The notes: generated by a model not told the origin, from the letters alone. Positions 27,661-37,340 are shown, numbered from the stretch's first letter. The stretch is DNA of 64,000 nucleotides from Candidatus Eiseniibacteriota bacterium (GCA_963783375.1 CAWANH010000028.1:1280001-1344000), one strand, 5' to 3'. Numbers and translations are program-made.

Positions 27661-28839
27661 ATGACGCAGTACCTCTACAGCGCCGAATCGGTGGCCGAAG
27701 GGCATCCCGACAAGCTGTGCGACCGGATCTCGGACACCGTGCTGGATGCGGTCCTGGAGAAGGACCGTTTCGCCCGGGCCATCGTGGAGACGGTGGTCAC
27801 CCGGGGGATGGTTCTCCTCACCGGCGAACTCACCACCAACACCTACGTGGACCTCGACCGCATCGTTCGCGACACGCTCCGCCGGGTGGGCTATGCGGAT
27901 CAGGAGGCCGGGTTCGACCACCGGGCCTGCGCGGTGGTGAGCCTCCTCCGGGAGCAGTCCGACCAGATCGGCGCGGTGGTGGACAGCCGGAAGGCCGGGG
28001 ACCAGGGGATGATGGTGGGGTTCGCCACCGACGAGGCGGCCGAACTGGGCACCGACACCGCGCTCATGCCAATGCCCATCGCCGTCGCCCACGCCCTCAT
28101 GCGCCGGCTCCGCGACGTCCGCCGCGACGGCGCCCTGTCCTGGCTCCGCCCCGACGGCAAGTGCCAGGTCAGCTTCGTGTACGAGAACCGTATTCCCCGC
28201 GCCCTGGCCTCGATCTCCCTGTCCGCCCAGCATGCCCCCGGGGTGGAGGTGGCCCGCGTCCGCAAGGAAGTGGAGGAGGCGGTGATCATGACCACCCTTG
28301 CCGATCTTCGCCTCACCCGGGGCAACGAGGCCCGGATCGAGGTGAACCCCGCCGGATCGTTCATCGAGGGAGGTCCGGCCTCCGACGCCGGTCTCACCGG
28401 CCGGAAGATCGTGGTCGACGCCTACGGGCCCATGGCCCACCACGGTGGGGCCGCGCTTTCGGGGAAGGATCCGACCAAGCTGGACCGCTCCGCCACCTAC
28501 GCCGCCCGCTGGGTGGCCCGCTCGGTGGTGCAGGCGGGGCTGGCCCGCCGGTGCGAGGTGGACCTGGCCTATACCCTGGCCCACGAGCATCCCGAGAGCG
28601 TCCGGGTGGAGACCTTCGGAACCGGGGTGATGGCGGACGAGGATCTGGCCGGGGCGGTGACCCGGACCTTCGATCTCACCCTACCCGGGATCCTCACCGC
28701 GCTCGATCTCCTGCGACCCATCTACGCGGAGACCTCGGCCTTCGGACACTTCGGCCGGACCGACGTGACGTTCCCCTGGGAACGAAGCGACGAGGCGGCC
28801 GCCCTGTCCGCCCGCTTCGAGGGGAGGGAGCGGCCATGA
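27661..28839 (+). CDS. metK: S-adenosylmethionine synthetase, divergent
   Basis: ESVAEGHPDK, AGDQG, PDGK.QV, GGP..DAGLTGRKIVVD, SGKDPTKLDRS, FGHFGR. GGAGGGG RBS. Confidence 0.88.
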   Translation: MTQYLYSAESVAEGHPDKLCDRISDTVLDAVLEKDRFARAIVETVVTRGMVLLTGELTTNTYVDLDRIVRDTLRRVGYADQEAGFDHRACAVVSLLREQSDQIGAVVDSRKAGDQGMMVGFATDEAAELGTDTALMPMPIAVAHALMRRLRDVRRDGALSWLRPDGKCQVSFVYENRIPRALASISLSAQHAPGVEVARVRKEVEEAVIMTTLADLRLTRGNEARIEVNPAGSFIEGGPASDAGLTGRKIVVDAYGPMAHHGGAALSGKDPTKLDRSATYAARWVARSVVQAGLARRCEVDLAYTLAHEHPESVRVETFGTGVMADEDLAGAVTRTFDLTLPGILTALDLLRPIYAETSAFGHFGRTDVTFPWERSDEAAALSARFEGRERP

Positions 28840-30047
28840 GCGGAACGCGGAAACGGGGCTTTTCGACCCTGGCCATCCACGGCTCCAAGCACGTGGACAA
28901 GCACGACGTGTCGGGTCCCCCCCGGGCGGTTTCGCCGCCCATCTTCATGAGCTCCACCTTCGCCTTCGAGAACGCGGACCAGGGGGCCCGGATCTTCGCG
29001 GGGGAGGAGGAGGGCTTCGTCTACACCCGCCTCGGGAACCCCACCACCGCCGCCCTGGAGCGGGAGATGGCGTTTCTGGAGGAGGGGGAGGCGGCGCTGG
29101 CCTCCGCGTCGGGCATGGCCGCCACCACCCTGGGGGTTCTCACCGTGACCCGTAGCGGGGAGAAGGTGGTGGCTTCCAACACCCTCTACGGCGGCACCCA
29201 TCAGCTCTTCTCCCAGACCCTCCCCCGGCTGGGGATCGACGTGGCGGAGGTGGACGCGGTGGACCCGGCCAACATCGCGGAGGCCATCGACGACCGCACC
29301 CGGCTGGTCTACGTCGAAACCCCGGCCAACCCGACCCTCACCGTGGTGGACATCGCCGAGACCGCCCGGATCTGCCGGAAGCGGGGGGTGCCGCTCATGG
29401 TGGACAACACCTTCGCCACCCCGTACCTCCAGCAGCCGCTCACCCTGGGGGCGGACGCGGTGATCCACTCCGCCACCAAGTACATCGGCGGCCACGGGGA
29501 CACGGTGGCCGGGATCCTGGTGGGGAAGAAGGCGTTCATCGACGAGGCCCGCTCGGAGATCCTCCGGGACCTGGGTCCGGCGATCAGCCCCTTCAACTCC
29601 TGGCTCCTGCTCCGCGGGCTCAAGACCCTGCCCGTCCGCATGGACAAGCACTGCGAGAACGCCATGGAGATCGCCCGCTACCTGGAGTTCCACCCCGCGG
29701 TGGAGCGGGTGCTCTACCCCGGGCTCCGGGTCCATCCCCAGCACGCCCTGGCCAAGACCCAGATGCGGGGGTTCGGGGGGATGGTGAGCTTCATCGTGAA
29801 GGGCGGGCGCGAGGCCGGCCGGAAGCTCATGGACCGGGTCGAGCTCTGGACCCTGGCGGTGAGCCTGGGGGACGTGGACAGCCTGATCGAGCACCCGGCC
29901 AGCATGACCCACTCCACCTACAACGAGGCCGCGCTCCGGGAGGCGGGGATCGAGCCGGGGCTGGTGCGGCTCTCGGTGGGGCTCGAGAACGTCGAGGACC
30001 TGGTGGAGGATCTGAAGCAGGCCATGGCCCCGCTGCTCGGTGGGTAG
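28836..30047 (+). CDS. megL: PLP-dependent methionine gamma-lyase / cystathionine gamma-synthase family enzyme
   Basis: YTRLGNPT, SGMAA, ETPANPT, VDNTF, HSATKYIGGHGD, AVSLGDVDSLIEHPASMTH, LVRLSVGLE. ATGA overlap with the metK stop. Confidence 0.85.
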   Translation: MSGTRKRGFSTLAIHGSKHVDKHDVSGPPRAVSPPIFMSSTFAFENADQGARIFAGEEEGFVYTRLGNPTTAALEREMAFLEEGEAALASASGMAATTLGVLTVTRSGEKVVASNTLYGGTHQLFSQTLPRLGIDVAEVDAVDPANIAEAIDDRTRLVYVETPANPTLTVVDIAETARICRKRGVPLMVDNTFATPYLQQPLTLGADAVIHSATKYIGGHGDTVAGILVGKKAFIDEARSEILRDLGPAISPFNSWLLLRGLKTLPVRMDKHCENAMEIARYLEFHPAVERVLYPGLRVHPQHALAKTQMRGFGGMVSFIVKGGREAGRKLMDRVELWTLAVSLGDVDSLIEHPASMTHSTYNEAALREAGIEPGLVRLSVGLENVEDLVEDLKQAMAPLLGG

Positions 30048-30340
30048 GCCGTTCATCGGGGCCGGGGCGCCCCCGCCAATCCCGGGTCGCCGGGGCGGTT
30101 CCGGGGCGCTCCGCCCGCCCCTCCGAGGCCTCGGAGTTCGCCCCGAAAAGCGACGGTTTTGGTCGCTTCCTTTGGACCGGTCCAAAGCGAGGCGCGCCGA
30201 TCCGTTCCCGTCCCACCGGGTATAATCACCGGGAAGAACCTGCCGATTTCCGGGGTAGCTTCAGTACCCGCATCGAACCGGACCAGGCACGATTCCGGAC
30301 GGGACGCCGGCCGCATGAGGCGCCCGCTCCCGGGAGACCC

Positions 30341-31621
30341 ATGAGGCTTCCGACACCAGAGCCCGACTACGCCGCCCACGCGATGCTGGACCCCCATTAC
30401 CTGGAGCGCGACCACATCGGGGCGCGGGCTCTGGCCCGGGCCTACCTGGAGATGTCCCGGAGCGACGAGATCCACAACCGGTACCTGAACCGGCTCCTGA
30501 ACCCGATCGAGCGGCCCCGCCCGCTGGCCGAGAACCTGGAAGCGGCCCGCCGGTACCTCGTGGACGTGAACGCCTACGTGCGGGAAGTGCTGAGCCTGCT
30601 TCCCGCCGCCCTCCGCAAGCCCCTCGCCCCCGACCCCGAGGTGGCGGCCCGGAATGAGATCCTGGGCCTCTTCGACCTCGCGTTCCGCGGCGACAACCCG
30701 CGGATGCGCTTCGAGGCGCAGCGGAAGCTCTACCTGGCCAAGCTCCTCTTCGACGTCGACCACGACCCCGGGGTGCAGATGGGGGGCGTCCACAAGGAGT
30801 ACTTCGAGCGCATCCTCGACGACGAGCTCTGGGGGGGAGCGCGCCGGATGAAGACGGTGGACGTCTACTACGACATCGCCGCCGACGGGATCCGGATGGA
30901 TATCGGCACCCGGAAGACCGGAAGCCGCCAGGAGCGCTGGCGGTTCCACCTCATGCGGGTGCGGCGGCCGGGGAAGCGGGCCATGCACGTGTACCACTAC
31001 GCCTGCCGGTTCAAGCAGGAGGTGGCCCCGTTCCGTTACCAGGAAGGGGAGCCGGAGTACGAGGTCCAGGAGAAGCCGATCTGGGAGACCCTGCACGAGC
31101 GGCGGAGCGGGTCCATCCTCTCCAAGATGATCCGCAAGGGCGAGGTCCACCCCCGGAAGATCCAGGACATCATCGGCTCCATGTTCATCGTGAAGGACCT
31201 GCGGGAGGTGAACGATCTCCAGGAGGTGCTCTTCGACATCTTCGGGGGGCCGCTCCGCTGGAAGGATCGCGTCAACACCATCACCCATCCCGACGACCGC
31301 TCCCGGCTGAACGCCTACTCCGGCCGTGGGTACGAGGTTCTGAAGAGCGACGTGGACGTGATCTACGCGCCCCCCAAGAACGGGCGAAAGCCCTACATCT
31401 TCTCGGTCGAGGTGCAGATCTACACCGTCGAGGGGTTCCTGCGGACCGTGCACAGCGGGCACTACGCGAGCCATCAGCGGCTCAAGGTCCGCCAGTTCCT
31501 CGTGGGGCTCCTCCCCTACCTCTTCCCCACCCGGATGTACGAGCCCGAGGTCATCCAGCGTTGCCTGGCGAGTTTCGAGGAGGATCCCGCGGATCTGGGA
31601 GCGCGGCTCCCGGCAAAATGA
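30341..31621 (+). CDS. Hypothetical protein with a C-terminal RelA/SpoT-like nucleotidyltransferase fold (TIGR04552/TIGR04562-like)
   Basis: Ordered motifs SILSKMIRKG, IQDIIG, SGRGYE, VEVQIYT, ASHQRLK match the RSH synthetase motif order with substitutions. Confidence 0.6.
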   Translation: MRLPTPEPDYAAHAMLDPHYLERDHIGARALARAYLEMSRSDEIHNRYLNRLLNPIERPRPLAENLEAARRYLVDVNAYVREVLSLLPAALRKPLAPDPEVAARNEILGLFDLAFRGDNPRMRFEAQRKLYLAKLLFDVDHDPGVQMGGVHKEYFERILDDELWGGARRMKTVDVYYDIAADGIRMDIGTRKTGSRQERWRFHLMRVRRPGKRAMHVYHYACRFKQEVAPFRYQEGEPEYEVQEKPIWETLHERRSGSILSKMIRKGEVHPRKIQDIIGSMFIVKDLREVNDLQEVLFDIFGGPLRWKDRVNTITHPDDRSRLNAYSGRGYEVLKSDVDVIYAPPKNGRKPYIFSVEVQIYTVEGFLRTVHSGHYASHQRLKVRQFLVGLLPYLFPTRMYEPEVIQRCLASFEEDPADLGARLPAK

Positions 31622-31634
31622 ATCCCGTCCAGGA

Positions 31635-32654
31635 TCACACCGGGGCGAGCTGAGCGATCGACGAGGCGAGCTTGAGGGTGTGCACCGCCCGGAGCGTGAC
31701 CCACGGACTGGTCACGTTGGGCTTCCCCACCCGGATGGGCATGCGATCGTTGTAGTCGAACTCCAGCTTCCACCGACCGTTCTTCATCTGGCGGGAGAGG
31801 ATGAGTCCGAGGGCGGGCTGCATGGCCTCGTGGGCCCCGTAACCCAATCGCGCCAGGATCCAGGCCACCTCGAGGATGTCGGTGTTCCAGAAGCGGGGGA
31901 ATCCGAACTCCGTCCACTCCGGCTTGGGCGCGGGTTCGCCCACCGGCGAACGCTTGTACATGTGAAGGTGGTAGGTGAGAAGGGCATGGGCGGTGCGCTC
32001 GATCAGGAGCCGGATCTCGGGGGTCCGGCGTCGCGCGGGCAGGGAAAGCAGGGCGAGAAGCGGCTTCACCGATCCCATGTAGCAGTTGAACGGGAGGGTG
32101 GCGGCGTTGGGCTGGAAGTTCTCGCAGGGATAGAGCCCGTCCCCCTGCTGGCGACTCACCAGGAAGCCGATGGCCCGCTGGGCGCGCGCGTCGCCGGTGT
32201 AGCCGAAGTGGATGAGAGCCTCCACGATCGCCCCGGTGAGGCAGGCCCATTGGCCGCCGATGGTGCCCCCACGCCGGAGGCTCCCCTCGTGGCTGAACCC
32301 GCCGCCGTCCCGGCTCTGGGCGACCGAGAACAGGAACTCCACCGCCCGGTTGATCTCCGGCGTGCGCTCCCCGCCCAGCTGGGCGGCCAGGTAGAGTCGC
32401 CAGGCCGTTCCGTAGTAATAGTCGTCGGCGTAGACCGTCGGCTCCTGCCATGCCCCGTTGGGCTTCTGGCCGGCCAGGAGCTTCTCCAATCGCGGGTGCC
32501 GTGCGGCGGCGGCCCGGGCCTCGCGCACCGCGGGGTCGGTCTCGGGGCGCTCCCGGATCCAGGTCAGGGCGCGGTAGCGCACCATCGGGTCGTCCTGTTC
32601 CAGAAGCCACCCGGTCGGGTCCTCGTTCATGCGGGCGAACCAGTTCGTGGCCAC
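31635..32654 (-). CDS. Prenyltransferase/squalene-oxidase-repeat (alpha/alpha toroid) protein
   Basis: GTG start after GAAGGAG. QW-like repeats QKPNGAW, QSRDGGF, QQGDGLY, QMKNGRW, plus FGFPRFWNTDILE and SPWVTLRA. Confidence 0.75.
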   Translation of the reverse strand: MATNWFARMNEDPTGWLLEQDDPMVRYRALTWIRERPETDPAVREARAAAARHPRLEKLLAGQKPNGAWQEPTVYADDYYYGTAWRLYLAAQLGGERTPEINRAVEFLFSVAQSRDGGGFSHEGSLRRGGTIGGQWACLTGAIVEALIHFGYTGDARAQRAIGFLVSRQQGDGLYPCENFQPNAATLPFNCYMGSVKPLLALLSLPARRRTPEIRLLIERTAHALLTYHLHMYKRSPVGEPAPKPEWTEFGFPRFWNTDILEVAWILARLGYGAHEAMQPALGLILSRQMKNGRWKLEFDYNDRMPIRVGKPNVTSPWVTLRAVHTLKLASSIAQLAPV

Positions 32655-32677
32655 GGTGTCTCCTTCCGAAAACGGAA

Positions 32678-33778
32678 TCAGGCGGCGAAGAGGAGATCGA
32701 CGCCCTCCCGATACCCTCGACTGCGGGTCTCGGGACGGATGAGGGAGCGGGCGCCGGGCGCTCCGACCGCCACCACCAGGGGGGCGCGGCCGGCCGGCTC
32801 CAGCTCGGTCCAGGAATGCACGGGGGAGCCGAGCGTGCGGCCCCCGATTTTCCTCCGGTCCACCTCGTAGAAGCGGGTGACGTGAACGCCCCCGGCGGTC
32901 AGGAGCCGGGCCAGGCGGCGACCGGTCCGGCCCGCTCCCCAGATCGCCGTCTCGCCGCCGGCCAGGACCCGGTGTCGGGCCAGGTAGTGCGCGCGGGCGG
33001 CCAGAAAGGCCCGCGGGTGGTACCGGGGAGAGGTGAGGGAAAGCCGGTCCGGGGTCTGTCGCCAGGCCAACAGCACCGCGTCGACCTTGGCCAGGTCCCA
33101 GCCCGCTTCCAGCAAGCGGAGCCACAGATCGTAGTCCTCGGCCCATTCGGTTTCCCGGTAGCCGCCCACCGCGGAGAGGGCCTCCGCGCGCATCAGCACC
33201 GACGGGTGGGCCAGGGGGGACTCCACGAAAACCTCCCGGGCGTGGTCTTCGGGCGTGGTGAGGCCGTTCAACCACCCCTGGTAGCGCCGCCAACCGGGTC
33301 CGAGGCTCCGCCGCGGAAACATGGCGACCCGCGATCCCACCGCCGCGGTCCGCGGGTGGGCGTCGAGGTGATCGGCCTGGCGGCGGAGCCGGTCGGGATG
33401 GCAGATGTCGTCGGCGTCGAATCGGGCGAGATAGGGCGCCTGGGTGGCCAGGCGGGCGGACTCCAGGGCGGCCACCAACCCGCGCCGGGCGCCGTCGAGG
33501 ATCCGGAGACGCGGCTCGTGCCGGGCGTTGGCCTCGAGGATCGCGAGGCTCCGGTCGGAGGAGCCGTCATCCACCGCCACGACCTCGAAGTCCGGGCGGG
33601 TCTGCCGCCACAGGGAGCGGAGGGCGCGGTCCAGGGTGGCCGCGGCGTCTCGGACGGGGAGGAGCACCGCGATGGCCGGGGGGGACGCGGGCCCGGAAGC
33701 CCCTTCCGCCGGGCCTCGTCTGGGGAGGTCCGGGGCGGCTCCGCGGCTCAAAGTGCGGGCGGGAGCATCCTTCCGCAT
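32678..33778 (-). CDS. Glycosyltransferase family 2
   Basis: VLLPVRD, VAVDDGSSD, LARFDADD, HPSV, AEDYDLWLR. C-terminal IWGAGRTG Rossmann-like domain. Confidence 0.9.
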   Translation of the reverse strand: MRKDAPARTLSRGAAPDLPRRGPAEGASGPASPPAIAVLLPVRDAAATLDRALRSLWRQTRPDFEVVAVDDGSSDRSLAILEANARHEPRLRILDGARRGLVAALESARLATQAPYLARFDADDICHPDRLRRQADHLDAHPRTAAVGSRVAMFPRRSLGPGWRRYQGWLNGLTTPEDHAREVFVESPLAHPSVLMRAEALSAVGGYRETEWAEDYDLWLRLLEAGWDLAKVDAVLLAWRQTPDRLSLTSPRYHPRAFLAARAHYLARHRVLAGGETAIWGAGRTGRRLARLLTAGGVHVTRFYEVDRRKIGGRTLGSPVHSWTELEPAGRAPLVVAVGAPGARSLIRPETRSRGYREGVDLLFAA

Positions 33779-34029
33779 GATCGCGCACTATAGCAGAGGC
33801 TCCCCGGCGGGGGGAGGGGTTGCGCATTTTGGGGCTCGCGGATATTCTAAACGGCATGTATGCAATGGCTTAGCCGTCGGGAGGGATCCCCGCGGCGGCC
33901 CCGGGGATCCGGTGGCCATGAAATCACGCGCGAACCCGGGTTATTCGTGAAACCTCCGGCCGGACGGCGAACCGGTTCGACGTCGCGACCGCGTGTTCAG
34001 GAACGACCCGGACCAAAGGAGAGCCGGCG

Positions 34030-34485
34030 ATGCTGCTCGACGTGGGCAAGAAGGCCCCCGCCTTCACGCTCAAGAACCAGGACGGAGAGAAGGTCTCGCT
34101 CAAGGACTTCGCGGGGAGGAAGGTGGTGCTCTACTTCTACCCCCGGGACATGACCCCGGGGTGCACCCGCGAAGCCCAGGGATTCCAGGCCATGCTGGGC
34201 CGGTTCCGGAAGAAGGGCGCCGCGGTGATCGGGGTCAGCAAGGACTCGCCGGAGAGCCACCGCAAGTTCTGCGACAGGTACGATCTCGAGTTCACGTTGC
34301 TCTCCGACCCCGAAGGAACCGTTCTGGAAAAGTACGGGGTCTGGCAGGAAAAGAACATGTACGGGAAGAAGAGCATGGGGGTCGTCCGCACCACCTACGT
34401 GATCGACGAGCGCGGGGAAGTCCAGATCGTGTTTCCGCGGGTCAAGGTGGACGGCCACGCGGACAAGGTGCTGGAGGCGTTGTGA
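34030..34485 (+). CDS. bcp: Peroxiredoxin Bcp/PrxQ
   Basis: VVLYFYPRDMTPGCTREA, GVSKDS, LLSDP, RTTYVID. Confidence 0.95.
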   Translation: MLLDVGKKAPAFTLKNQDGEKVSLKDFAGRKVVLYFYPRDMTPGCTREAQGFQAMLGRFRKKGAAVIGVSKDSPESHRKFCDRYDLEFTLLSDPEGTVLEKYGVWQEKNMYGKKSMGVVRTTYVIDERGEVQIVFPRVKVDGHADKVLEAL

Positions 34486-35027
34486 GGCCGAAGGGGTTCG
34501 AGCCGCGGGACGTCGACTCCGGGAGCGGGAAGGGGGCGGATCGTTCCCGGGGGGGCCGGGGCTCGCGGGGTGGGCGGGGATCGCGTACCGAGCAGGGATC
34601 GCGGCGCGAGCGGGGTTTGAAGGTCGTGCCGGGCACGCGGGGCCCGCAGGGTCCCGTGCCCCCGGTCCGCCGGATCATCTGGTTGGCCTTCATGGCCGCG
34701 GTGCTCATGTACGCCGCGGTGGGCTACGCCATGGTGAAGCAGGCCGAGACCCCGGTCGCTGCGATCCCCGGCTGGCTGTTCCCCGCCCTGGGGGTGGCGC
34801 TGGCCGCCGCCGCGATCTTCATCCCCGGCCTCCTGGCCGGGAACGCCCCGACCGCGCGCGACGGGGTGGTGCTCATCACCTCGGCGGAGCTGGTGGCCTG
34901 GGCCCTGGACGAGGCGGTCGCCCTGGTCGGGCTGGTGGCGGTCCTGGTGGGACGGAGCTTTTCCGGCTCGTTGCTCTATTTCCTCGCGTCCTGGGTGTTG
35001 CTCTGGATCCACCGGCCGCGGAGCTGA
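34482..35027 (+). CDS. Hypothetical membrane protein (start uncertain)
   Basis: Four hydrophobic segments from IIWLAFMAAVLMYAAV to LLWIHRP, including WALDEAVALVGLV. GTGA overlap with the bcp stop. Confidence 0.6.
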   Translation: MRPKGFEPRDVDSGSGKGADRSRGGRGSRGGRGSRTEQGSRRERGLKVVPGTRGPQGPVPPVRRIIWLAFMAAVLMYAAVGYAMVKQAETPVAAIPGWLFPALGVALAAAAIFIPGLLAGNAPTARDGVVLITSAELVAWALDEAVALVGLVAVLVGRSFSGSLLYFLASWVLLWIHRPRS

Positions 35028-35122
35028 AGGGAGGCGCTCTTCCCGCCTACCGGGCGCCTCTCCGAAGTCTTCGGCCGGGAATCGACCGCGGGGCGATTCG
35101 TGGACCGTTCGAGCCGGCGGCG

Positions 35123-35473
35123 TCAGGGGGTTTCGGCGGGCGGGGCGTAGCGGCGGCGGAGCCTCGGGAGGAAGAGCGCCGAGGCCGAGAGCAACGTGAA
35201 GAGCGCCACTCCCCCCAGGATCGCCACCAGGCGAAGCCACGGCTCCCCCAGCGCCCGCCGTTCCGCCGTGAACACGAACAGCGTCCGCACCCACTCCGCC
35301 GCGCCCAGAACCAGGACGATCTGCACCGCGCGCGCCGCCCAACGCCGCCGGATGAGGAGGAGAAAGGGGAAGAGGAGGCTTGCCGCCACCAGCTCGTAGC
35401 GCCCGGCGCGGAGGAAATGGGCGGCGAGAACGAGCGCGCTCAGGAAGATGGGGACGAGCGTGACGACGATCAT
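35123..35473 (-). CDS. Small hypothetical membrane protein
   Basis: GAGGAG RBS, LSALVLAAHFLRAG, GEPWLRLVAILGGVA, four TM segments. Confidence 0.75.
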   Translation of the reverse strand: MIVVTLVPIFLSALVLAAHFLRAGRYELVAASLLFPFLLLIRRRWAARAVQIVLVLGAAEWVRTLFVFTAERRALGEPWLRLVAILGGVALFTLLSASALFLPRLRRRYAPPAETP

Positions 35474-35719
35474 GGGGTTCTCCTCGGGCGGCTTGGGGTG
35501 CGCCATCCCCCTGGGGGGTGGCGGGGGCGAGTATATCCCGGCGGCCCGGGGCGGGGCCCGTGGTCCGGGGGGGGCGGCATTTCCGCCGCCGCCGTCCCGC
35601 GTCGCTGAAGCCCTTGGCCGGGAGGAGGTTGGGGGGGGCGCCGAGGTCTCGGAGGGTCGGGCCTCGAAGCCCAGGTGCCGCGTAACGTGTTGTATGGCTT
35701 GGATTTTTGGCCCCACCTC

Positions 35720-35778
35720 TTGTGTCCTGCCGCCACCGGGCGTAACCTACTCATGTGTTTGGATAACAAGTGATGAGT
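35720..35778 (+). promoter_or_regulatory. sigma70 promoter with overlapping candidate SOS operator
   Basis: TTGTGT-N17-TAACCT (35720-35748). The 16-mer CTACTCATGTGTTTGG (35747-35762) overlaps the -10 and start region. ACTCAT/ATGAGT inverted repeat. Confidence 0.55.
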
Positions 35779-35817
35779 TGTCACCGGTGCGTGGAGGGCG
35801 GCCGGGAGGAGGCGGCC

Positions 35818-36072
35818 ATGCGGCTGGAGCGTTTGGACGAGGCGGTCAAGGTGCGGGCGGACTTCCAGGGGGGGAAAGTCACGCCGCTGCTCATCAAACG
35901 GGGGGCGCGGGAGATCAGGGTGGCGCGGGTGACCGCGCGTTGGGACGACCGGCGCGGGGCCCACAAGGTCCACTACTTTTCGGTGCAGGCGAATTCGGGG
36001 GACGTATATCAGCTCGAATTTTCGAGCGGAGACCTGTTGTGGAAGCTCGACTCGGTGATGCTGGAGGGGTGA
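35818..36072 (+). CDS. Small beta-rich accessory protein (DUF6504/ImuB-C-like), translationally coupled to dinB
   Basis: GGAGGAGG RBS. 84 aa with V..V..RW ... HYFSV ... YQLEF ... WKL pattern. TGATG overlap with dinB. Confidence 0.7.
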   Translation: MRLERLDEAVKVRADFQGGKVTPLLIKRGAREIRVARVTARWDDRRGAHKVHYFSVQANSGDVYQLEFSSGDLLWKLDSVMLEG

Positions 36073-37340
36073 TGCCGGAGGCGGGCGACCGGAGCGCGGA
36101 GGGGGTCGAGGGACGGTTCGCGGATGACGCGGGCGACGAGCGCACCGTGCTCCACGTGGACCTCGACGCCTTCTTCGCCTCGGTGGAGCAGCTCCGCTAT
36201 CCTCAGCTCCGGGGAAAGCCGGTCATCGTGGGGAACGGGGTCATCGCGTCCTGCTCCTACGAGGCGCGGCGCTTCGGCTGCTACGCGGGCCAACCCTTGA
36301 GCGAGGCCCGGCGCGTCTGCCCGGGGGTGGCGATCCTGGACGGCTCCGAGGCGGTCTACCGCGCCTTCGCCGAGAAGACCTTCGCGGTATGCGCCGATCT
36401 CTCGCCGGCCATGGAGACGTTCCTGGACGAGGCGTTCCTGGAGCTCACCGGAACCGAGCGCCTCCACGGCGATCTCCGGCAACGCGGGGCGGCGCTCAAG
36501 CGCCGGGTGCTCGAAGAGGTGGGTCTCCCGGTCACGGTGGGGCTCGGCCCCAACCGCATGCTGGCCAAGATCGCCAGCAAGTCGGTGAAGCCGGACGGGC
36601 TCCGCTGGATCCGGGCCGGCGAGGTGGAGAAGGTCCTGCCCGCCCTTCCCATCGACCGGCTTCCCGGGGTTGGGTTTCGGGTGGGGCGCGAACTGCGAAA
36701 GCTCAACGTCCGCACCATCGGCGAACTCCGCGCCTTTTCGTCCGAAGTCCTGGAACGCATGTTCGGGGCGTCGGGACGGGCCATCTACGAGCGATGCCGC
36801 GGCCGCGACACCCGTCCGGTGGAGGCGCGCGAGGTGCCGCATTCGGTGAGCCGCGAAACGGCTTTCCACCGGCCGGTGACCGATCCCGCGGAGATGGAGG
36901 GGATGCTGTATTACCTCCTGGAGCGGGCGGTCCGCCATGCGCGGGGGCTCGGGCTTTCCGCGCGGACGATCCAGGTTTGGATCGACTACGAGGACTCGGG
37001 GCGGGCGGCGGCCGCCCGGAGCCTGTCGGCGCCGTCCGACCAGGACGCGGTGTTCTTCGAGCGAGCGCGGGCGTTGTTGGCGGCGCTCCACGTCCGTCGC
37101 GAGGCGGTGCGGCGGGTCGGGACCGCGCTCTCGCGCTTCTCGGCCGACGCCGCCCACCAGAGCGAGCTCTTCGAGGCGGGGGCGGACCTGGAGCGCGAAA
37201 AGCTCTACCGGAGTCTCGACCGGGTGCGTTCGCGCTTCGGGCATGCGTCGGTGGTGGCGGGGCCGTCGGTGAGGTTGTTGGGCCGGCTCGAGCAGGACCG
37301 GAACGGGTTCGTTCTGCGGACGCCGTCGCTGACGAAGTAG
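36072..37340 (+). CDS. dinB: Y-family DNA polymerase IV
   Basis: HVDLDAFFASVEQ, SYEARRFG, LDEAF, LAKIAS..KPDG, LPGVG, clamp-binding-like QSELF, C-terminal LDRVRSRFG. Confidence 0.93.
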   Translation: MPEAGDRSAEGVEGRFADDAGDERTVLHVDLDAFFASVEQLRYPQLRGKPVIVGNGVIASCSYEARRFGCYAGQPLSEARRVCPGVAILDGSEAVYRAFAEKTFAVCADLSPAMETFLDEAFLELTGTERLHGDLRQRGAALKRRVLEEVGLPVTVGLGPNRMLAKIASKSVKPDGLRWIRAGEVEKVLPALPIDRLPGVGFRVGRELRKLNVRTIGELRAFSSEVLERMFGASGRAIYERCRGRDTRPVEAREVPHSVSRETAFHRPVTDPAEMEGMLYYLLERAVRHARGLGLSARTIQVWIDYEDSGRAAAARSLSAPSDQDAVFFERARALLAALHVRREAVRRVGTALSRFSADAAHQSELFEAGADLEREKLYRSLDRVRSRFGHASVVAGPSVRLLGRLEQDRNGFVLRTPSLTK

